Shown piece after piece: positions 44,410 through 59,809 of a DNA stretch of 64,000 nt. Both the position numbers and the translations under genes were made by a program. The first letter of the stretch is position 1; each line of letters starts with the position of its first letter. This DNA is from the human T2T-CHM13v2.0 reference genome, Homo sapiens. The stretch is taken from the NCBI RefSeq assembly GCF_009914755.1, contig NC_060926.1; one strand, 5' to 3'. The notes under the pieces are model-generated. The model was not told the DNA's origin and did not search any database. It worked only from the letters and a program-made list of their open reading frames with translations.

Positions 44410-46607
44410 CAGGCATGCCTCATTTTACTGTGCTTTACCAATATTATGTTTATTACAAATTCAAGTCTTATGGCAACCCTGCACCAAGCAAGACAACCGG
44501 TGCCATGTTTGCAATAGCATGTGTTCACTCTGTGTCTCTGTGTCACACTTTGGTAGTTCTCATAATACTTTAATATTATTATTGTTCTTATTATATCTGT
44601 TATGATGATCTGTGTTCAGTGATCTTGATGTTACTAAAGTAGTTGTTTTAGGTGCCTTGAATGATGCCCATACAAGACAATAAACTTGATCAATAAATAT
44701 TGTGTGTGTTGTTCTACCAACCGGGTGTTCCCCATCTCTCTTCCTCTCCATGGGCCTCCTTATTCCCTGAGACACAACAACATTAAAATTAGGTCAATTA
44801 ATAACCCAACAATGGCCTCTAAATGTTCAAGTGAAAGAAAGAGTCTCACATCTCTCACTTTACATTGTAAGCTAGAAATGGTCTAGTAAGGAAGGCATAT
44901 TGAAACCCAAGATAGGCCAAAGCTAGACCTCTTGCAGCAAACAGTCATCCAACTTATGAATGCAAAGGAAAAGTTCTTAAAAAATTAGAAGCACTACTTC
45001 AGTAAACACACAAATAATAAGAAAGTAAAACAGCCTTAATGCTAATATGGAGAAAGGTTTAGTAGTCTGGATAGAAGATCAAACCAACCACAACATTATC
45101 TTACCCAAAATCGAATCTAGAGCAAGGCCCTAACCCTCTTCAATTCTGTGAAGGCTGAAAGAAGCAAGGAAGTGGCAGAAGAAAAGTTGGAAGCTAGAAA
45201 ATGTTGGTTTATGAGGTTAAAGGAAAGAAGCCATCTCCATAATATAAAAATGCAAAGTGAAGCAGCAAATGCTGATGTAGACACTGCAGCAAGTTATCCA
45301 GAAGATCAAGTTAGCATCATTGATGAACGTGGCTACACTCAACAATAGACTTTCAATGTACACAAAACAGCCTTCTGTTGGAAGAAGATGCCATCTAGGA
45401 CTTTCATGTTTAGAGAGAAAAAGTCCATGCCTGGCTTCAAAGCTTCCAAGAACAGGCTTATTCTCTTGTTAGGGGTTAATGCAGCTGGAGACTTTAAGCT
45501 AAGACCAGTGTTTATTTCTTATTATGGAAATCCTAGCATCCTTAGGAATTATGATAAAACAACTCTGCCTGTACCCTATAAATGGAACAACAAGGCCTGG
45601 ATAACAGCACATCTGTTTACAGCCTTTACAGCATTGTTTACTGAATATTTCAAGCCCACTATTGAGACCTATTGCTCAGAAACAAAGGATTCCTTTCAAA
45701 ATATTACTGCTCAGTGACAATGCACTAGGTCACATAAGAGTTCTGATGGAGATATACAAGGATATTAATGTTGTTTTCATGCCTGCTAATACAAAAACCA
45801 TTTTGCAGCCCATGGATATAAATAAATTTCAACTTTTAAATCTTATTACTTAAGAATATAATGTTCAAAGTAAATTGAGAATCTTCTGGAAAGGATTTAT
45901 CATTCTAGGTGCCATTAAGAACATTCTTAATTGATTGGTGAAAATATAAGCCTCAAGAGAAGTTTGGAAGAAGTTGATTCCAACCTTCATGAATGAATTT
46001 TAGTGGCTGAAGACTGCATTGGGGGAAGTAATTGCAGATATGATGGCAATAGCAACAGAACTAGAATTATAAGTAGAGCCTGAAGATGTTGCTTAATTAC
46101 TGTAATCTCATAATAAAACTTTAACAGATGAGGACTTGCTTCTTATGAATGAGCAAAGAAAGTCGTTTCTCAAGATGCAGTCTATTCCTGGTGAAGATAC
46201 TGTGAAGATTGTTGAAATGACAACAAAGGATTTTGATATGGCAAACTTCATTGTTGTCTTATTTTTTAAATTACCATAGCAATTCCAGGCTTCAGCAATA
46301 CCACCCTTATTAGTCAGCAACTATCAGCATCAAAGCAAAACACCCTATCAGCAAAAAGATTATGGCTTGCTGAAAGGTCAGATGATTATTAGCAATTTTT
46401 AACAATAAGGTATTTTTAATAAAGAAATATACCTTGTTTTTTAGACATAATGCTATTACACACTTTATAACAGACTATATTGTGGAAAAACATAAGTTTA
46501 TATGCACTGGGAAACAAAAAAAAATTCACATAACTCACTTTACTGCAGTATTTCACTTTATTGAGGTGGTTTGGAACTGAACCCACAATATCTCCATGGT
46601 TTGCCTG
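44410..46607 (+). mobile_element. Tigger1 DNA transposon, near full length, dead transposase
   Basis: Termini caggcatgcctc and ggtttgcctg flanked by TA; ORF fragments 45148..45348, 45388..45717 (MPSRTF...[16 protein letters not shown]) and 45662..45853 (LLSDNA) resemble the pogo/Tigger DDE transposase broken by stops and frameshifts. Confidence 0.93.
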
Positions 46608-47108
46608 TACTTATAAATCCCCTATGTCTGACATTAACAATTCAAAGAAGTCGGTATTGAAAGGCTTTTTGTTTGACTTTACTTCAAGTAAAAAAACTAA
46701 AATTGAAGAAATAATTAGGTGTCATTTTTAGTGTCAACTCAATGGCCTTCTCATATCCCTCATCATGGATGTGTCATCCTCTCTTGTGGAGGATACGGAG
46801 CAGATTTTTTTGGCATTCTGAGCCTAGAGAATAGGACAGATAAATCTCTCATTTCATTTAAAGAGGGGGAAAGCAGTGGTTCTTTAGAATCAATAGAAAA
46901 AACAAAGCACATAGAGTCTAGAGCTGACATTGAGAAATACAAACAATTTGAAGCAGTACTTTAGAAAATACTTCTTCCAATTTTTCCAACAATTCCCTGT
47001 GGGTTTATTAGTTCTACTGTCCATAGCAGTGTTGACCTTATTTAACTGCTCTTACAGTCAAGTGTCAATATCTGAACAGACACAATTTAAAATCCTAACA
47101 ATATATCA

Positions 47109-47345
<237 letters not shown>

Positions 47346-49329
47346 TTAATGGCAAGGGAGTGTTTATTATTTTAAAAATACATGGCAATCTAGCCACTTA
47401 GAGTAATTTCATCAGCCATGTCACTACTGATTTCAGCATAGGTCTGAACTTCTACCATTCGGATGTGGTCTGGGTAAGAATTTTATGTGGTGTGTTAAAT
47501 ACCCAGAAATCAGCATTCTTAGAATAATTATTTTTAAAATTTTCAGTTCAACAGTATTCTAAAGTGAACTTCCTTATTTGATTGAGTTTTTGCCGTGCAA
47601 GGGTATTTGATCAACAATTATAAATTCACTTGTCTGTCACTGAAATTACAGTGGATTGTCATTGGATTACAGTTAACTATGTATACGTCTGCTTAACTTC
47701 TCCCTTCCCCCCAAAATTCAAGAATCCCTTGATTGGAGTTTGTAGAGATTTTCTGTCTAATTGTTTAATGCTTTGCATAGTTCCTGGTACATACTAGACA
47801 CTCAATACATGCATATTATATTGTTACCTTTCAGTCCTCTTTAATACTTTAAAGCCTGGCACACTTTATTTTACTTCCCACCCCCAGAGGAAGACTAGAC
47901 CATTGAGAAATTAGAGGCAAAGGCACTGTGACCCAGCCAAGTCTAAGTTCTCAGAGAAGTGAGCAATGATTTCTAGCTGCCAAATTCCACCCTTCTCCTA
48001 ACCCACATTCTGAAGGCAGCTTGGGGAACAGCCACGTCCTCAGTTCTGGAAATGCTCCGTCCTCTAACCTCATCATTCCCACAAGGCTAGTTAAGTATTT
48101 TCTGGCTCCTTAACCCTAAAGAATCTTGAAAGGCTTCAAAAAGAAAGGACCAAAAAGTCATCAGGCAATATGCTTTTTATAATTATAAGCAGGGATCAAG
48201 GGAAATATGGTAAATGAAGTTTAATAGTTAAAAAAAGAACTCCCATGCTTAAACATGAGAATACCTATGGGACCACAGTAAGCAATTCAAATAGGAGCTG
48301 ATAGTGCAGAGGGAGCAAACACAGGACAAGCTCAGGTGGTGGAGGTGGCAGTTTGTATATGATGGTTTTGGGGAGGGTGGCATCATAGCTATTCAGAAAT
48401 TTAATTATTTTAATATATTTAAACATTTATATAGACATATTTACTTCTTGCAGTAGTGGGACAAACAAGCAGATTTATCTATTAAATAGAAGTAGAATAC
48501 TTAGCCTGAAAAACTTATATTTAAAAATGATATCTTAGAAAATTATTCTCAGTTTTTAAAAATCAAAACTTTTCTGACTCCTAAACTACTAACAATTTAC
48601 TTCACACTTCATTATACACAACAGAGGCTGATTTCAATTGTTCTCTAGGACTCCTGGATCATATGAATGAGAGTAACATGAACTGGATATGTATATGACA
48701 GCACAGACAAAATAATAGTCTGGTTTATTCATACAGCCTTGTGTAGAAAACTCTGATTCTGTTCTTGCAATGCTCAGTTGCTAATTAATAACCAGATATT
48801 ATTACATACAAAAAGTGAACTAATGCATAATCTCTGCTCCCAATGAGAGTTCCAAAGAGACATACACAAAACTATATTTATTGTCAACAGGAGTGGAGAT
48901 AAGTTTGAGAAATATTCATTAGTCCTCCAAAGAGATTGTGACTTTCTCCATTCTTCTGTAATTAACACTTCGTATTTCAAAGTCTGATCCTAAGATTGTT
49001 TTCATTGACTTCAGATTCATTATATGTCTCCACGGAATGCCCTCTAAATAGCTTATGAAATTTACTGTTGCACAGATTAAGATTAAAATTAATAAAAACG
49101 TCTATAAAAATTATCTAAAATTAAGTGAACACAAGAATGTTTACCGGTAAATATCAAAAGCAAATTAGAATTTGGGAGCTCATTAAAAGTATCTATTTTT
49201 ATATCTCCAAGTGAGCTGAATTACATAATTCTTATATTAAGGTAAATGTTACATTTATTATCATTCCCTTCCATTTCCAAGATACTCAAATACCTCCGCA
49301 GTAATCTACAATAAAAAAGTACTTTGAGG

Positions 49330-49348
49330 TTGCCACTAGGTGGCGATG
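49330..49348 (+). promoter_or_regulatory. Candidate CTCF binding site
   Basis: TTGCCACTAGGTGGCGATG matches the CTCF core CCACYAGRKGGCR; motif only, no binding data. Confidence 0.6.
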
Positions 49349-49404
49349 TTTAAACATCCACAAGTAGAAAAGACGAATGACCGGGAACTGTTAAAGAACT
49401 TCAT

Positions 49405-49547
<143 letters not shown>

Positions 49548-49606
49548 AATGTTATAGATGTTAAGATCTAGTATATTTCCCATTTTACAGATCAAGAAAC
49601 ATACCA

Positions 49607-49940
<334 letters not shown>

Positions 49941-50115
49941 CTAGAACTTAGCACATCATTGACGGTCCATCTCCTGACAGTTTGCTAGCTTGTCACTATG
50001 AAGTTATCTGAACAATACACTTAAAACTGAGGACGTGTGATGAGAGACAGTCATGAAAATCATTGGCTAATCCTGAAGGTCTTGTAGGAGTATCTCATAC
50101 TGAACTACTGACATA

Positions 50116-50311
50116 CTAGTTCTCAGTCCAGAGCTATTTTGCCTGGATTTGGCAATGTCAAGAAACATTTTTAACTGTCACAATTGTATGGGGGATGGCA
50201 GTTTCAACTGGCATCTAGTGGGTAGATACCAGGAATGCCGCAAAACTTCCTACAATGCATATGGAATTATTTGGCCTAACATATCAATAGTGTTAACAGT
50301 GAGAAACCATG
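50116..50311. mobile_element. MER20
   Basis: tttggcaatgtc...ctgtcacaa...actggcatctagtgggtaga...cctacaatgca...tcaatagtg...tgagaaacc. Confidence 0.8.
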
Positions 50312-51505
50312 CTGTACATTGTGAGCCTTCCGTACTGTTTGATGGTAATATAATGGTGGGGGTGGGGGAATGCTATTTATGATATTGTGACAGCCATAAT
50401 TTTAGTCCAGCTAAGCAGCTCCCAGAAGGCTTGAGACATGAGGCAAAACATTCTACCTATGGGCATTCTGTTACATCATGCCCATCATTTCATATACATC
50501 ATTTCATGCAAAGCTATACATCATTTCATATCTTGAAATCGGTGTAGGCAGGCATTAAAAGATTTGTTAAACACTTACCATCACACCAGTTCTTTGCTAG
50601 GATTAAGAGAGGAACAGATTTCCTACTTGGATATCTGCCAGGGTTGTCTCACTTGATTCCTCCTAAAAATCTACCCCCCTTTCTCCCTCTCTCTCTCTCG
50701 CTCTTTCATACACACACACACAAACACACACACACAACACGCACACACTTATACCCAATTCACATTGATTGTCTCAGGCCTAACCAAGACAGGAAATTGA
50801 CCACATCACAAAGTCAAATAGGGAAAATAAGTGAGAAGGGTTGGGGAGTAGATTCTTTGGATCTTAACCAGGAACTCTGGAAGTCTGGTCCTACAACAAC
50901 TTCTACCTAGACTTAGGACCCAATGTTATCAATTACTTACAGTGTACAAATACACCAATGCAAAATCTTTTTTTTTTTTTCTGTCACGACCACCCATCCT
51001 CCACCCAACTGATGTTATTTTCTACCTATTTCTGTCTTTCTAGATCTAGGAGAGACATCTGGAGACCTACAGCAGTGTTTAAGCTACCAACACTAGTGAG
51101 AAAACTCAATACAACCACAGTGAAGAATGGGGCATATAATAATCTGGACACACCCCAAGATATGGCCAATCTCTTGGGGCACTGCTTTGCACCTACATGC
51201 CTGCAAGTAACATCCATAGTGCAGCCCCGTTTAAGAAAAAGTACTGACATCACACTATATATGAGGTGAAATGAGTAGAAGGATAATGTAGTAACAAGAA
51301 TGAAACTAGTGGCAAGAGTTCCTAGGCATATGATCTAAAATATATTTTATCCTCATTTATATATTCAAACTTGTCTGCTGTTTGCTTATCTTCTAATCCT
51401 CCCATTTAAATATGGATAAATATATATTTAAAAGGATAAAAATCTACTGAGAGTTTTAATAGATACATTAGAGAAAAAATTAAACAGTACAAACAAAATT
51501 TTCTA

Positions 51506-51942
<437 letters not shown>

Positions 51943-52484
51943 TCATGTTTTATCTCAAAGATATTGAGGTCACTATTTTATTGTAAAGGTATTTCACTTG
52001 TCTAGTAATGGGATTGCTGATTTTTAAAACTACTCCTTTGCTATCTCTGCAGTGGCTGCTGAGTGAAAAAGGCGGAGTGCTACCTGGGAAATAAACTTGT
52101 TGTGCAACCACTTGAAAGAAAATTTTATCCTCTAACAATTTTTTCCCGTATCCAGCTTGGTTATTCCTGTGGCAACCACAGATCATATAACTTGGATGTT
52201 TTATCTCAACAGTGCATTCTTGGCATTGCTTACTCATGAGTGAAACTCATGACATGTTAACTATGCTTCCTTAAGTTCTACTTTATTTTGATTTGACCTC
52301 ATAAGGGACAAGGAAATATCATTTGTGTTATCTAATAAGATAATATACAATTATTATTGTATTTTTGTAAAATTTAATGGAGGTGAAAGAGGAATAGTGC
52401 TCCCAGCTTCTTGCTGCATTCAGAGAACACAGTGTAAACTGACTGGCTGTACGTTCCCCACAAGGAGCCCTCCTGTCAACTTAC

Positions 52485-52538
52485 AGGTCTTCCTTTTGGC
52501 CCTCGCTCTCCTCTTGGTCCCTGTGATCCTGGAGGTCC
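52485..52538 (-). CDS. COL5A2: exon 6 (54 nt) GPPGSQGPRGERGPKGRP
   Basis: TAG acceptor, GTAAGT donor. Confidence 0.95.
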
Positions 52539-53934
52539 CTAAAACAGAAAATGATGATTATGCATGCAAAAATGTATACTTTCTTATTGAATTTTTAAAA
52601 GTCTACTTGATAAAAGAAAATTGGAAAACAGAAATACCACACTTAATTCAGTTCAGTTGAAGACTATAGAGAATAAAGCCATGTGCATATAAAAGTTCTG
52701 TACGCTTAGAAGCGTTGTTTATGTTATCAGTGACATTTAAAGACCTATGAAGAACTAGGTGCACATTATGGCATCATGGAGCATAGTGAGCTAAATAGAT
52801 TAGCTTGACTAGTAATTGCAAATTTTTAAGGATCATATTTGCTGTCTTCTCCCAGGTAAAGCCTTTGCCACTAAACTCTGAGCACAAAAACTTACAATTC
52901 TGATTTTGAAAATTACATAAATGTGCAAAATACAAATTATCAATTATTCCAGGGACTGTATGAAATCAAATTGGTACATGATACCCCAAAATGTTCATCA
53001 CTGTTCAAGTTGCTGATAAAAGCAATGGAAAGGAAAGCCTCTTAGCCTACTACAGTACTGCTTTATGTACACTCAAGCATCTTTTCTTTTTACTTTACTT
53101 AGAATATTGCATTACTTCCCTTGTATGTTTAAAACCCACTTAGAAATTTCCAAATCTTAATTACAGTTACTTTTCCCTTAAATAACAAATGACTATTATA
53201 TTTCAAAAGTGGTGTTATTGTGCTGATATCTTAAAATGTTTTTCCCCCCCTGGGAAATGGCTGTTGCCAGGGGGACTTTGTTTCTCTTTAAAAGAGGATT
53301 TAAACTGAGTTATGAAGATTATATTGTGTATTTACTCAACCCAACATATAGCATCGTTTAAAAGTGAGGGCTTCAGAAGAACCAGAGTGAGTCCATTAAA
53401 GCTAACTTAGTATTTTAAGCTGATTTGATGTGTTTAACATTTACATGAAGTGTGTGTATATGTTATGAATACTGCTGATAATCCAAACTTGAAAAAATTA
53501 ATCTTTTATACTAAGCCATAAATATGCTCTCCTGCTGTATGATTTCTCAAATTCTACTGCAATATATAATTTTATTAAGCAGATAAAACTAGCCTACCAT
53601 TAATCATAGTCAAACAACACACAAGTATGCCCTAATTTCAGTGAACAAAGTCACACTAAAATTAACAAATGTAACAATAAAGTGTTTTGTCTTTTACATA
53701 ACCAATAGCAAGACTAACATAATGTTTCTTCAGTTTCAGAATAAAATGATCCCTTATCTACCATTCATTGCTGCAAAGCAATGTCTAACTTGAAGATGGT
53801 TTAAGACAAAATGTTTTAAGAGACCAAGTATCATTGTTTAATTCTTTTATCTTCTCATGGATATAATATCTGTAAAGATTTTCAGTATCTCAAGGAATAC
53901 AAGAGTACCAAGAATATTGGGAGAAACTACTTAC

Positions 53935-53967
53935 TGCCGGTCCTGGACGACCACGTATGCCTGTTAC
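53935..53967 (-). CDS. COL5A2: exon 5 (33 nt) VTGIRGRPGPA
   Basis: TAG acceptor, GTAAGT donor. Confidence 0.94.
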
Positions 53968-54157
53968 CTAAACAATAAACAAGAAAATTTGTAAAGGTAA
54001 AGTTTCTGCAGATATTCAGAGAGGTCAATAGTAACAAATAAGAATAACAACAAAAACCACAGTAATTTTTTTAACAAATGGATGTTGTCAATTGATGACC
54101 ATTTCCTCCTCTCCTTAAGATTTAAGATATTATCTAGTTTTAACTAATATAGGGAGG

Positions 54158-54430
54158 CAGTGCTGGCGTAATGATAAAGAGCACCAACACTGGAGCCAAG
54201 GGGCCTGGGTTCAAATCCCGACACTACCCTTTACCAGATGTGTGACTTTGGACTAATTACTTATCCTCTCTGTTCTTAAGGATCTTAAGTGGAAACTTAA
54301 ATGTAAAATGGTAGTGATGATTAGGTAATTACCTCCCTCATAGAGTTATGAAGACAAATAAATAAATATTTGTATTTGTAAAGCACTTAACACCTAAGAC
54401 ATAGTAAGCACACATAAATGCTTTTTAAAA
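54158..54430 (+). mobile_element. MIR
   Basis: gcctgggttcaaatcc...tgtgtgactttgga...tgtaaaatgg...gtaaagcactta. Confidence 0.75.
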
Positions 54431-54585
54431 TTAAATAAAACAATATGAATTATTTAAGTTTTAGGTAATCTTCGTTAAAAAAACAAGCCAATTAAAGGCA
54501 AATAGAGAATGTAAACACTGCTAAATAAATCAACATGCATATTCTTTTTGTCTTGACAGACTGATGATAACACCTTTAAAACTTA

Positions 54586-54939
<354 letters not shown>

Positions 54940-55314
54940 TTAGGAATTCTTATGCAACAGGGAATTTTGCTCAGGATCAGGGCATGATGTATTTCCAGAA
55001 GTGTGGAATAATAAACTACTATACTAACTAGTACTAATATTAACTATCAGTGTATATCCACATGTAATATATTTAACTTTTTAAAACAATGACTTTCTAC
55101 CTTTAGTCATGGGACTATAAAAGTCAGGAACACAGAATATCAAATATTGTATTAAATAACTAATCTGTTCTGGTTTGCTTGTGTTATACTAAAAACTTGT
55201 TTTTAAAATAACTAATTTATTTTTGAAAGTATGTACATAAGCAATAATATACAATTATACTATAAGCTAAGTTTATTTAAGGTACAAGGAAACAATGATT
55301 ATACATATACTTAC

Positions 55315-55347
55315 AACAGGCACTAATCCTGGTTCTCCCTTTTGTCC
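55315..55347 (-). CDS. COL5A2: exon 4 (33 nt) GQKGEPGLVPV
   Basis: CAG acceptor, GTAAGT donor. Confidence 0.94.
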
Positions 55348-58300
55348 CTGTGACATTAAAAACAATTCAAAAATTCAATTAGCACAATATAATGGCTTGC
55401 TGGGCAAAAACATGTCACCCTAGAATATGCCATGTAAACACAGGGAATTTCTATGTAAGAAATGCAAAAAACTACAAAAAGAAAGTTAACAATTTTTAGG
55501 ATATTTAGTCAGATATTACTCATTAAAATATTACTGCTCACCTGAAAGACATAAAAAAATCCAGCGTGTGAAATATGTAAAGCTATTTTGCTTCAGTTTC
55601 CACATAGATCAAATCCAAAGAGTTGACTAGAGCACAAAATAGTTGCAACAAAAAGATGTAAAGACAAAGCACCAGAGGAAAAACTACTGAAAGACTGAAA
55701 ACACAAAAAGAGCCAGAAATTGTAATACATAAAAATTAATATAAATTAATATATACAAATTTTCACACTTTTATCATATGACACATAGTTTTCAGGATCT
55801 AATCAGATGCCATTCCTGAACTACTAGCACCCTTTTTTAGTACTCATGGAAGGGCATTAAAAATGAGTACATGTGCTCATCTTTAATAAAAAGAAAGAAA
55901 AAAATAATAATTCCACTCAGATGATTCTCAATACCTGAAGAAAATCTAGGAAAAAAAATCAATTGACTAAGAAAATCAAAAACAACATAAGAAACTATCA
56001 TGTAAGTAAATAGGGTCAGGTCAATATAATTGCTTTTATAATAGATATAGCAAATGTAATAGATGTAGATAGAATTTATTTTGTTTCTTAGAACTTTTCT
56101 CAGAAATGGAATCCTCATTGCATGATATCAGGTACATAGATTAAATAATATTGGATGAATTGTAGCTTTATCTATTTCTACTTAATCATTTACTAATTTG
56201 TATTCTTCATTTCAAAATTTGTCTTCGAACAGATTTTGGTCTCCTCAAAGTCATGGTTGTGTCTTAGTCTACTTCACATGCTCAGCATAGCAAATGGAAG
56301 CATTCAATGAATTTTTAAAATGTATTACTTTCCATTAATATATTAAGAAATAATGCTTTTTACTGGGCAATTGTGTAGGATGAATATGAATTTAACATCT
56401 CTAAAATGTAGAAAAACACAAGAAGAATGAGTTCTAGTTTATTTTATTTCTCCTTTCATATATATTATCCTTTAATCTGATTATAAAAATACTATGTGTT
56501 CATAGCAGGAAATTTTGAAAATAGAAGAAATATTTTTTAAAAAACCCTAAATATCCTACTCAACACCCCGGAGATAACCACTGTTAATATGCTGGCATTC
56601 TTAGTTTTCCACCATCTACATGCACTTTGAGTATCTAATCAATGCCTCATTATCTTACTCTTAAATTTTGTTTTCATTTTTAAGTTTAAGAATGACATTA
56701 AAATGAATATCTTTGTTTATAAATGTGTCCATGGTATCTCTGATTAATACCTTATGATATGTTTTTAGAAGTTAAATTTGTGGACTAAAGACATTTTAAG
56801 TTTTTAACCCATATCACCAAATTGTACTACTAAAGATACAATCTACTTATATCCTTCCAATACTATCCTGACAAAACTTCATGAAGTGAAATGATGGACT
56901 TAAGGGCGGAACTAATAATAACTCAGTCACAGTTGCTGATTCTAATGTTGAAGCAGCGAATACTCTGGAAGTAAGGAATAAATTGAGAATCCAAAAGAAG
57001 GAAAGGGCTCTCCAGAAGCAGGAGGCAGTTCTATAGGGTAAGTTCAAGATTGAAACACTAGGGACTAATAGCCAACCTACACAAAGCCTAGGACAAGAAA
57101 GAATCAACATATATGGGCTTCAAAGTAAAATAGGCTTATTTCTGCATGTTCACATCCACTAACTTCTAGAGTCTTTCTATTTTAAAAAATACAAAAATAA
57201 TAAAATTTAACCATGTAAGAGCTATAATAAAAGATATTTTTCAAAATGCTGAAAGAATTTGAATTGTTTAGAAAGGGTACATAAATTTTTGTGCAATAAA
57301 CAAAGGACTTTATGATGCTGAAACAATGCTCCTTCTAGAGGAAGACTAGAAGAACAAATAAAAAGAGAGGACAAATTGTTTCAGTCAGAATGAGAAAAAT
57401 GGAACAGCCTGCTAAGAATAGTTGTGAAATTTCCATCCTAAGAGACCTACAAGCAAAATGCACTTTATACTTGCTTTATATGTAGGGGAATAGAACTCTC
57501 TGATACCTGTCTTACCTAAATTGTAGGCTTTTTGATATATGACTGTTCTGTTGCTGCACAATATTTAAAAGGGGTTAAGTGTTCAATTATAAGTTTCTAA
57601 TAATAAATTCCCTAATGATTCTATAGATTTCTTATTTTGGATATAAGCCACAAATGTAAATATTTGTTTCTATTGTTTGTATTAATATAGGCTTTGAATA
57701 AGTTAATTTGTATGGAATAATGGTCTGTCTAAAGTTTTACTAAATTTAATTTTCATATCCACTGAGAAACATAAAGTTCATGTACTCAGATCCAGATGTG
57801 CATTACAATTACTTATCATTTAATACCATGTGGACATGCTTTGTAGAATGTCATTACCATGGAAGCAGTTATAGTGTTTTTCTCACATTTGCATCATCTA
57901 TACCATTTGCCTCATAGCCATATAAAAAAGGTTCAGTAATTATGTTGGAGTTAACATGAATTAATGAATGAATCAATCGGTCAATGAGTTGTAAGTAAAT
58001 ATCAAAGTGGATATAAACGAAGAACAAATTGCATTTTTATAACATTGCTTTGCTCTTGTGTTTCTGATGATACCTGATGACAAATGAAAACAAGTCATGA
58101 AGATAGTGGCACATAACCACAGTCTGCTACATTGGCAGCTGCTTTGAGTATATTCTTCACCCAGCTCTCCCACACTACTTTTGGAGAAAGGCAGCAAATG
58201 ACACAGCCTACCAGTTATCTCTCTAAGTCGGGTAACTGCTAACTGAATTAAAATGATTATTTCATGGCAGTACTCATTGTTAGGATTTTTTGTTGTTTCA

Positions 58301-59471
58301 TAGATTGGTCTGTCTCTCTATCTGTCTATCCATGCATCCATGCATCCATCCATCTATCTTTCACCTATCTGTCAAGTTTGTTCAAGGCCTATACCAATCT
58401 GCTAAGTTTCAATTTATTTTCGTTTTCACAATAAATTAAATGTGAAATAGCATTTGCAGCCCTTCTCCTTTGACATATATTCATATCTAATTTATTCCAA
58501 ATGAGACAAATTTATGATATTGCCCTCTGAATCAAAATGTGTAAAACTGGCCAGGATCTCCCCTTGATAGCATCACTCTTACTTATCATGAATGTGTAGC
58601 ATTGCTTTATCTGTTATCTGATAAATCATTTTATTAAAGTTCCACTGTGTGCAAAAGTAAAGAAAATTTATGGAAATTGGGACCAGCAACAGTTTCTACT
58701 GCCTTGATCCCTGTGCCCATCTCATTTGGATACAACTGAAGTAAATGCCATAATTTTCAAGATAACCAAAAAACAGAGAGCACTCTTGGGCAAAAAGAAC
58801 TATCTTCGCTTCGTAGGATTACCTTATTGATGGCAAGTGACCAAGCTGACCAGCTATACTCGGGTCATGGATGCAGCCTACCCTGTTTTCAAGTGTAAAG
58901 CTTGTGTCCAGAATTAGATTTTAAGCTCTCTGAAGGTGAAGGAGGGGAGAGGAGGGGAAGAAATGTCTGTTTGGTAAAATGTTCAATTAATTCTGGATCT
59001 TTACTTCCCAACCAATGAGAGAGGGGCTACAGGCCCATTGAAGTCAAATTGACATTCTTCGTTCCTTCCTTCCTTCCTCCCTCACTTTCTTCCTTCCTCC
59101 TTCCCTTCCTCCTATCTTTTCTTTCTTCCATCAAATGTGTATTGTACTTCTAATATGTGCAAAGTATGTACTATGCAATGACAAATGCAAAGAATAAAAG
59201 GTTAATCAGACATTTTCAATCCCTAAAGATGTCACAACTTTCTGGCAGAAACAGATATACAAACAGAAATTAACCATAAAGTGAATGGTTAAGAGGCATC
59301 TGTCCTTTGGAAACACAGTAGCTGAACTGTGCTTATATACTTGTCACAATGTATTTGTATGGTACTTTGTACTTTTCAAAAGCTTTCAAACGTTTCAGAG
59401 CACAGTTCTGTGTGGATAGTATTGGATATAAGTCTGCTTATGAAAAAGAAAATATGCAAAGTAACACTTAC

Positions 59472-59485
59472 CTTTCTTCCTCTAC
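59472..59485 (-). CDS. COL5A2: exon 3, 14-nt microexon GTAGAGGAAGAAAG ((G)RGRK)
   Basis: Pyrimidine tract ctcttttctttttacag acceptor and AAG|GTAAGT donor; encodes the GRGRK that precedes GQKGEP in pro-alpha2(V). Confidence 0.9.
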
Positions 59486-59809
59486 CTGTAAAAAGAAAAG
59501 AGTAAATGTGTTATTTTATGAGGAAACAATTATTGAGAATCTGCTAAATATTTACTTTCAATAATAGATTTCTTCTGGAGTCAGAATTACAGTGATAGTG
59601 ATTACACTATCAGCAGTAAGCAGAATTCAAAAGGTTTTGGATCAATACTTCCATAAAAGGCAAAAAATGCATCTTTTTGGAAAATTCTAACATGATATTA
59701 ATATTCTTCACAACATTTATATGACATTTAAAGTTCATTAAATTATTAAATTAGCTATTAAAGCTATAATGAATTATCTTTCATCAATATTCTCCATTTT
59801 TGCTTTTTA

